DNA from: the human T2T-CHM13v2.0 reference genome, Homo sapiens | Strand: one strand, 5' to 3' | Assembly: GCF_009914755.1 (NCBI RefSeq) | Contig: NC_060941.1 | DNA length: 64,000 nucleotides | In this document: positions 55,201 through 64,000 of the stretch, piece by piece | Layout of the letters: each line of letters starts with the position of its first letter | Position numbering within the stretch: position 1 is the first letter of the stretch | Notes under the pieces: generated by a model | What the model saw: only the letters and a program-made list of their open reading frames with translations | Told to the model about the DNA's origin: nothing | The model's database searches: none | Translations under genes and position numbers: made by a program

Positions 55201-57460
55201 CGCGAGTTGATAAAATTCCATTCTATTCCTTTCCTTTCAATTCCATTCCATTCCATTCCACTCTGGTTGATTACATTCCATTCCATGCCGTTCTATTCCA
55301 CTCGGTGTGATTCCTTTCCATTCCATTCCCTTCCATTTCAATCCATTGCTTTCCTTTCCATTCCAATTAATACAATTCCATTCTATTCGATTCCATTCCT
55401 TTCCATTCCATTCCATTCCATTCCATTCCAGTTGATTAGATTCCATTCCTTTCGATTCCATTCCATTCCATTCCATTCCATTCCATTCCATTCCATTCCA
55501 TTCCACTCAAGTTGATTCCATTCCATTCCAGTCCATTCCATTCCACTCGGATGGGTTCCATTCCATTCCATTCCATTCCTTTCCATTCCATTCCGTTCCA
55601 CTCGGGTTGATTCCGTTCCAATCCATTCCATTCCAATCCATTCCTTTCCGTTCCATTCCATTCCATTCCATTCCACTCCATTCCATTCCATTCCGTTCCA
55701 TTGCACTAGTTTTGTTTCCATTCCTGTCCATTCCATTCCATTCAAATCCATTCCATTCCACTCCATTCCACTAGGATTGATTCAATTCCATTCTATTCCA
55801 TTCCATTCCTTTCCATTCCATTACAATGCATTCCACTCAAGTTGATTCCATTCCATTCCATTCCATTCCATTGCATTCCATTCCATTGCACTCCATTCCA
55901 TTCCTTTCCACTCGTGTTGATTCCATTCCGTTCCATTCCATTCCAATACATTCCATTCCATTCCATTCGATTCCATTCCACTGGGTTTGGTTCCATTGCA
56001 TTCCATTCCATTCCATACCATTCCATTCCATTCCAGTTGGTGCAAATACTTTCTATTCGATTCAATTCCATTCCATTCCACTCCGTTCCCTTCCATTCTA
56101 TTCCATTCCATTGCATTCCATTCCATTCCAGTTGATTCAATACCATTCTCTTCCGTGCAATTCCATTCGATTCCCCTCCATTCGAATTCATTGCATTCCA
56201 CTCGGGTAGATTCCATTCCATTTCATCCCATTCCATTCCATTCCATTCATTTCCAGTTGATTCCCTTCCATTCCATTCCATTATATTGCACTCGGTTTGT
56301 TTCCATCGCATTCCATTCCATTCCATTCCATTCTATTCCATTCCACTCCAGTTGCATCAATTTGATTCTGTTCCATATCATTCAATTCCATTCCATTCCA
56401 TACCATTCCATTCCATTCCATTCCATTCCATTCCATTCCGTTCCAGTTGATTCAATTCCATACTATTGTATTCTTTTCTATTCTATTTGATTCCATTCCA
56501 TTCCATTCCTCTTGGATGGATTCCATACCATTCCATTCCATTCTGTTCCATTCCATTCGTGTTGTTTCCATTCCATTCCATTCCATTCCATTCCATTCCA
56601 TTCGAATTCATTCCATTCCTCTCCATGTCACTGGGATTGATTCAATTCCATTCTAATCCATTCCATTCCACTCCATTACATTCGATAACATTACATTCCA
56701 CTCAGTTTGATTCAACTCCATTCCATTCCATTCCATTCCATTCCATTCCATTCCGTTCCATTCCTTTCTATTACACGGCGGTTGATTCCATTCCATTCCC
56801 TTCCATTCCATTCCACTCGAATGGATTCAATTCCATTCTGTTCCATTCTATTCTATTCCATTCCATTCCATTCCATTCCACTTGGTTTCATTCCATTCCA
56901 TTCCTTTCCATTCCATTCCACTAGTGTTGATTTCCTTACATTCCATTCGAATCCATTCCATTCCATTCCATTCCATTCCATTCCATTCCATTCCATTCCA
57001 TTCTACTCGGGTTGATTCCATTCCATTTCATTCCTTTCCATTCCATTCCATTCCATTCCACTCGGGTTGATTCAATTCCATTCTATTCCATTCCATTCCG
57101 TTCCATTCCATTCCACTCGGGTTGATACCAGTCCATTCCATTCCATTCCATTCCATTCCATTCGATTTCAGTTGATTCTATTCCTTTCTATTCCATTAAA
57201 TGCCATTCCATTCCATTCCATTACATTCCAGTTAAATCCGTTATATTCCATTCCATTCCATTCCACCCGGGTTCATTCCATTCTGTTGTATTCCATTCCA
57301 TTCCATTCTATTCCATAACATTCCATTCCATTGCATTCCACTCGGGTTGATTCTATTCCATTCTGTTCCATTGCATTCCATTCCGCTCCGTTCCATTCCA
57401 TTGCATTCCATTCGGGTTGATTCAATTCCATTCTATTCCATTCCATTCCATTCCTTTCCA

Positions 57461-58965
57461 CGCGAGTTGATAAAATTCCATTCTATTCCTTTCCTTTCAA
57501 TTCCATTCCATTCCATTCCACTCTGGATGATTACATTCCATTCCATGCCGTTCTATTCCACTCGGTGTGATTCCTTTCCATTCCATTCCCTTCCATTTCA
57601 ATCCATTGCTTTCCTTTCCATTCCAATTAATACAATTCCATTCTATTCGATTCCATTCCTTTCCATTCCATTCCATTCCATTCCATTCCATTCCATTCCA
57701 TTCCAGTTGATTCCATTCCATTCCTTTCGATTCCATTCCATTCCATTCCATTCCATTCCATTCGGGTTGATTCCATTCCATTCCAGTCCATTCCATTCCA
57801 CTCGGATGGGTTCCATTCCATTCCATTCCATTCCTTTCCATTCCATTCCGTTCCACTCGGGTTAATTCCGTTCCAATCCATTCCATTCCAATCCATTCCT
57901 TTCCGTTCCATTCCATTCCATTCCATTCCATTCCATTCCGTTCCATTGCACTAGTTTTGTTTCCATTCCAGTCCATTCCATTCCATTCAAATCCATTCCA
58001 TTCCACTCCATTCCACTAGGATTGATTCAATTCCATTCTATTCCATTCCATTCCATTCCTTTCCATTCCATTACAATGCATTCCACTCAAGTTGATTCCA
58101 TTCCATTCCATTCGAATTCATTCCATTCCTCTCCATGTCACTGGGATTGATTCAATTCCATTCTAATCCATTCCATTCCACTCCATTACATTCGATAACA
58201 TTACATTCCACTCAGTTTGATTCAACTCCATTCCATTCCATTCCATTCCATTCCATTCCATTCCATTCCATTCCATTCCTTTCTATTACACGGCGGTTGA
58301 TTCCATTCCATTCCCTTCCATTCCATTCCACTCGAATGGATTCAATTCCATTCTGTTCCATTCTATTCCATTCCATTCCATTCCATTCCATTCCACTCGG
58401 GTTCATTCCATTCCATTCCTTTCCATTCCATTCCACTAGGGTTGATTTCCTTACATTCCATTCGAATCCATTCCATTCCATTCCATTCTATTCCATTCCA
58501 TTCCATTCCATTCCATTCCACACGGGTTGATTCCATTCCATTTCATTCCTTTCCATTCCATTCCATTCCATTCCACTCGGGTTGATTCAATTCCATTCTA
58601 TTCCATTCCATTCCGTTCCATTCCATTCCACTAGGGTTGATACCAGTCCATTCCATTCCATTCCATTCGATTTCAGTTGATTCTATTCCTTTCTATTCCA
58701 TTAAATGCCATTCCATTCCATTCCATTACATTCCAGTTAAATCCGTTATATTCCATTCCATTCCATTCCACTCGGGTTCATTCCATTCTGTTGTATTCCA
58801 TTCCATTCCATTCTATTCCATACCATTCCATTCCATTGCATTCCACTCGGGTTGATTCTATTCCATTCTGTTCCATTGCATTCCATTCCGCTCCGTTCCA
58901 TTCCATTGCATTCCATTCGGGTTGATTCAATTCCATTCTATTCCATTCCATTCCATTCCTTTCCA
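57461..58965 (+). repeat. Shortened HOR unit (1505 bp; ~725-bp deletion at ~58100)
   Basis: CTCAA (58086) to TTCGAATTCA (58111) is 25 bp, versus 750 bp in the next unit (59586 to 60336). Confidence 0.9.
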
Positions 58966-61900
58966 CGCGAGTTGATAAAATTCCATTCTATTCCTTTCCT
59001 TTCAATTCCATTCCATTCCATTCCACTCTGGTTGATTACATTCCATTCCATGCCGTTCTATTCCACTCGGTGTGATTCCTTTCCATTCCATTCCCTTCCA
59101 TTTCAATCCATTGCTTTCCTTTCCATTCCAATTAATACAATTCCATTCTATTCGATTCCATTCCTTTCCATTCCATTCCATTCCATTCCATTCCATTCCA
59201 TTCCATTCCAGTGGATTCCATTCCATTCCTTTCGATTCCATTCCATTCCATTCCATTCCATTCCACACGGGTTGATTCCATTCCATTCCAGTCCATTCCA
59301 TTCCACTCGGATGGGTTCCATTCCATTCCATTCCATTCCTTTCCATTCCATTCCGTTCCACTCGGGTTGATTCCGTTCCAATCCATTCCATTCCAATCCA
59401 TTCCTTTCCGTTCCATTCCATTCCATTCCATTCCATTCCATTCCGTTCCATTGCACTAGTTTTGTTTCCATTCCTGTCCATTCCATTCCATTCAAATCCA
59501 TTCCATTCCACTCCATTCCACTAGGATTGATTCAATTCCATTCTATTCCATTCCATTCCTTTCCATTCCATTACAATGCATTCCACTCAAGTTGATTCCA
59601 TTCCATTCCATTCCATTCCATTGCATTCCATTCCATTGCACTCCATTCCATTCCTTTCCACTCGTGTTGATTCCATTCCGTTCCATTCCATTCCAATACA
59701 TTCCATTCCATTCCATTCGATTCCATTCCACTGGGGTTGGTTCCATTGCATTCCATTCCATTCCATACCATTCCATTCCATTCCAGTTGGTGCAAATACT
59801 TTCTATTCGATTCAATTCCATTCCATTCCACTCCGCTCCCTTCCATTCTATTCCATTCCATTGCATTCCATTCCATTCCAGTTGATTCAATACCATTCTC
59901 TTCCGTGCAATTCCATTCGATTCCCCTCCATTCGATTTCATTGCATTCCACTCGGGTAGATTCCATTCCATTTCATTCCATTCCATTCCATTCCATTCAT
60001 TTCCAGTTGATTCCCTTCCATTCCATTCCATTATATTCCACTCGGTTTGTTTCCATCGCATTCCATTCCATTCCATTCCATTCTATTCCATTCCACTCCA
60101 GTTGAATCAATTTGATTCTGTTCCATATCATTCCATTCCATTCCATTCCATACCATTCCATTCCATTCCATTCCATTCCATTCCGTTCCAGTTGATTCAA
60201 TTCCATACTATTGTATTCTTTTCTATTCTATTTGATTCCATTCCATTCCATTCCTCTTGGATGGATTCCATACCATTCCATTCCATTCCGTTCCATTCCA
60301 TTCGTGTTGTTTCCATTCCATTCCATTCCATTCCATTCGAATTCATTCCATTCCTCTCCATGTCACTGGGATTGATTCAATTCCATTCTAATCCATTCCA
60401 TTCCACTCCATTACATTCGATAACATTACATTCCACTCAGTTTGATTCAACTCCATTCCATTCCATTCCATTCCATTCCATTCCATTCCATTCCATTCCA
60501 TTCCAATCCATTCCATTCCTTTCTATTACACGGCGGTTGATTCCATTCCATTCCCTTCCATTCCATTCCACTCGAATGGATTCAATTCCATTCTGTTCCA
60601 TTCTATTCCATTCCATTCCATTCCATTCCATTCCACTCGGGTTCATTCCATTCCATTCCTTTCCATTCCATTCCACTAGGGTTGATTTCCTTACATTCCA
60701 TTCGAATCCATTCCATTCCATTCCATTCTATTCCATTCCATTCCATTCCATTCCATTCCACACGGGTTGATTCCATTCCATTTCATTCCTTTCCATTCCA
60801 TTCCATTCCATTCCACTCGGGTTGATTCAATTCCATTCTATTCCATTCCATTCCGTTCCATTCCATTCCACTCGGGTTGATACCAGTCCATTCCATTCCA
60901 TTCCATTCCATTCCATTCGATTTCAGTTGATTCTATTCCTTTCTATTCCATTAAATGCCATTCCATTCCCTTGCATTACATTCCAGTTAAATCCGTTATA
61001 TTCCATTCCATTCCATTCCACTCGGGTTCATTCCATTCTGTTGTATTCCATTCCATTCCATTCTATTCCATACCATTCCATTCCATTGCATTCCACTCGG
61101 GTTGATTCTATTCCATTCTGTTCCATTGCATTCCATTCCGCTCCGTTGCATTCCATTGCATTCCATTCGGGTTGATTCAATTCCATTCTATTCCATTCCA
61201 TTCCATTCCTTTCCACGCGAGTTGATAAAATTCCATTCTATTCCTTTCCTTTCAATTCCATTCCATTCCATTCCACTCTGGTTGATTACATTCCATTCCA
61301 TGCCATTCTATTCCACTCGGTGTGATTCCTTTCCATTCCATTCCCTTCCATTTCAATCCATTGCTTTCCTTTCCATTCCAATTAATACAATTCCATTCTA
61401 TTCGATTCCATTCCTTTCCATTCCATTCCATTCCATTCCATTCCATTCCATTCCAGTTGATTCCATTCCATTCCTTTCGATTCCATTCCATTCCATTCCA
61501 TTCCATTCCATTCCACTCGGGTTGATTCCATTCCATTCCAGTCCATTCCATTCCACTCGGATGGGTTCCATTCCATTCCATTCCATTCCTTTCCATTCCA
61601 TTCCGTTCCACTCGGGTTGATTCCGTTCCAATCCTTTCCATTCCAATCCATTCCTTTCCGTTCCATTCCATTCCATTCCATTCCATTCCATTCCGTTCCA
61701 TTTCACTAGTTTTGTTTCCATTCCAGTCCATTCCATTCCTTTCAAATCCATTCCATTCCACTCCATTCCACTAGGATTGATTCAATTCCATTCTATTCCA
61801 TTCCATTCCATTCCTTTCCATTCCATTACAATGCATTCCACTCAAGTTGATTCCATTCCATTCCATTCCATTCCATTGCATTCCATTCCATTGCACTCCA

Positions 61901-64000
61901 TTCCATTCCTTTCCACTCGTGTTGATTCCATTCCGTTCCATTCCATTCCAATAAATTGCATTCCATTCCATTCGATTCCATTCCACTGGGGTTGGTTCCA
62001 TTGCATTCCATTCCATTCCATACCATTCCATTCCATTCCAGTTGATGCAAATACTTTGTATTCGATTCAATTCCATTCCATTCCACTCCGTTCCCTTCCA
62101 TTCTATTCCATTCCATTGCATTCCATTCCATTCCAGTTGATTCAATACCATTCTCTTCCGTGCAATTCCATTCGATTCCACTCCATTCGATTTCATTGCA
62201 TTCCACTCGGGTAGATTCCATTCCATTTCATTCCATTCCATTCCATTCCATTCATTTCCAGTTGATTCCCTTCCATTCCATTCCATTATATTCCACTCGG
62301 GTTGTTTCCATCGCATTCCATTCCATTCCATTCCATTCTATTCCATTCCACTCCAGTTGAATCAATTTCATTCTATTCCATATCATTCCATTCCATTCCA
62401 TTCCATACCATTCCATTCCATTCCATTCCATTCCGTTCCAGTTGATTCAATTCCATACTATTGTATTCTTTTCTATTCTATTTGATTCCATTTCATTCCA
62501 TTCCTCTCGGATGGATTCCATACCATTCCATTCCATTCCGTTCCATTCCATTCGTGTTGTTTCCATTCCATTCCATTCGAATTCATTCCATTCCTCTCCA
62601 TGTCACTGGGATTGATTCAATTCCATTCTAATCCATTCCATTCCACTCCATTACATTCGATAACATTACATTCCACTCAGTTTGATTCAACTCCATTCCA
62701 TTCCATTCCATTCCATTCCATTCCATTCCATTCCATTCCATTCCGTTCCTTTCTATTACACGGCGGTTGATTCCATTCCATTCCCTTCCATTCTATTCCA
62801 CCCGAATGGATTCAATTCCATTCTGTTCCATTCTATTCCATTCCATTCCATTCCATTCCATTCCACTCGGTTTCATTCCATTCCATTCCTTTCCATTCCA
62901 TTCCACTAGGGTTGATTTCCTTACATTCCATTCGAATCCATTCCATTCCCTTCCATTCCATTCCATTCCATTCCTTTCCATTCCATTCCATTCCATTCCA
63001 TTCCATTCCACTCGGGTTGATTCCATTCCATTTCATTCCTTTCCATTCCATTCCATTCCATTCCACTCGGGTTGATTCAATTCCATTCTATTCCATTCCA
63101 TTCCGTTCCATTCCATTCCACTCGGGTTGATACCAGTCCATTCCATTCCATTCCATTCCATTCCATTCCATTCGATTTCAGTTGATTCTATTCCTTTCTA
63201 TTCCATTAAATGCCATTCCATTCCATTCCATTACATTCCAGTTAAATCCGTTATATTCCATTCCATTCAATTCCACTCGGGTTCATTCCATTCTGTTGTA
63301 TTCCATTCCATTCCATTCTATTCCATACCATTCCATTCCATTGCATTCCACTCGGGTTGATTCTATTCCATTCTGTTCCATTGCATTCCATTCCGCTCCG
63401 TTCCATTCCATTGCATTCCATTCGGGTTGATTCAATTCCATTCTATTCCATTCCATTCCATTCCTTTCCACGCGAGTTGATAAAATTCCATTCTATTCCT
63501 TTCCTTTCAATTCCATTCCATTCCATTCCACTCTGGTTGATTACATTCCATTCCATGCCGTTCTATTCCACTCGGTGTGATTCCTTTCCATTCCATTCCC
63601 TTCCATTTCAATCCATTGCTTTCCTTTCCATTCCAATTAATACAATTCCATTCTATTCGATTCCATTCCTTTCCATTCCATTCCATTCCATTCCATTCCA
63701 TTCCAGTTGATTCCATTCCATTCCTTTCGATGCCATTCCATTCCATTGCATTCCATTCCATTCCATTCCATTCCACTCAAGTTGATTCCATTCCATTCCA
63801 GTCCATTCCATTCCATTCGGATGGGTTCCATTCCATTCCATTCCATTCCTTTCCATTCCATTCCGTTCCACTCGGGTTGATTCCGTTCCAATCCATTCCA
63901 TTCCAATCCATTCCTTTCCGTTCCATTCCATTCCATTCCATTCCATTCCATTCCGTTCCATTGCACTAGTTTTGTTTCCATTCCTGTCCTTTCCATTCCA

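Larger units (their letters stand above)
1..64000 (+). repeat. Satellite III (HSat3)-type array, (CATTC)n/(GGAAT)n with interspersed ACTCGGGTTG (CAACCCGAGT) decamers
   Basis: CATTC pentamers run across the whole window in one orientation. ACTCGGGTTGA recurs very often (e.g. 1741, 2101, 5150, 13400, 63120), matching the classical Sat III definition CAACCCGA(G/A)T(GGAAT)n. The CATTCGATTC-rich, ATGATG-containing pattern typical of HSat2 is not seen. Confidence 0.97.
5131..64000 (+). repeat. Homogeneous ~2.25-kb HSat3 higher-order repeat array (~26 units, head-to-tail, runs off the right end)
   Basis: The once-per-unit marker CGCGAGTTGATAAAA (or a 1-nt variant) is at 5521, 6996, 9426, 11591, 13801, 16046, 19521, 21771, 25266, 27581, 29811, 32026, 34241, 36481, 38716, 40971, 43221, 45491, 47761, 50321, 52566, 55201, 57461, 58966, 61216, 63471. 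Most spacings are 2210-2270 bp and landmark order is conserved. Confidence 0.95.

Noticed and set aside
111-63996. Hundreds of ORFs on both strands (FHSIP / WNGME repeats)
   Set aside because: Pure (CATTC)n has no stop codon in any frame on either strand, so ORFs arise automatically and end at variant pentamers such as GTTGA. They overlap in all frames, shift frame between homologous units and show no recognisable domain.
5131-64000. CRISPR-like arrangement of decamer 'repeats' and 'spacers'
   Set aside because: The intervening sequence is itself pentamer satellite rather than unique spacers, spacing is variable, and there are no cas genes or leader.
1-64000. Alpha satellite, CENP-B boxes or HSat2 identity
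   Set aside because: I saw no 171-bp monomer and no TTCG....A..CGGG CENP-B box. The CATTCGATTC-dominated, ATGATG-containing HSat2 signature is absent.
1-64000. Assignment to DYZ1, D15Z1 or a named HSat3 subfamily or chromosome
   Set aside because: The modal period of ~2.25 kb differs from ~3.6 kb and ~1.8 kb, and the 3475/3495-bp units are internal duplications, not DYZ1 units. Assignment needs k-mer classification or mapping, which I cannot run.
1-64000. Transposon insertion, inversion or telomeric (TTAGGG)n tract
   Set aside because: I saw no non-satellite stretch, poly-A tail or switch to GGAAT on the + strand. The lone TTAGGG near 53-58 and the CTAGGGTTGA motifs are decamer variants, not telomere arrays.
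1-64000. A previously undescribed biological system encoded in the window
   Set aside because: Everything I can see is explained by a known satellite family plus duplication, deletion and point mutation. Nothing in the sequence supports a new gene or functional system.

Overview
The whole 64-kb window is primate pericentromeric satellite DNA of the human Satellite III (HSat3) type: (CATTC)n on the + strand, (GGAAT)n on the - strand, punctuated by the decamer ACTCGGGTTG (reverse complement CAACCCGAGT) and its variants. I see no genes, RNA genes, transposons, CRISPR arrays or strand inversions. Every ORF in the track is a translation artefact of the pentamer (poly-FHSIP / poly-WNGME). There are two domains. 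Positions 1 to ~5130 are an older, more diverged HSat3 block with ~0.8-1.25 kb internal duplications, a 25-bp minisatellite and the only two pentamer-register shifts I could find. Positions ~5131 to 64000 are a homogeneous head-to-tail higher-order repeat (HOR) of ~2.2-2.3 kb, with 26 copies of a once-per-unit marker. The HOR carries in-register deletions and duplications, nested super-repeats (~4.44 kb, ~5.7 kb), local haplotype blocks and variants shared over 29-54 kb. I found no evidence for a new biological system; what is interesting here is the array's structure and evolution. All coordinates and counts were read by eye, and boundaries are approximate. The chromosome, HSat3 subfamily and species (human or other ape) cannot be fixed from the sequence alone.
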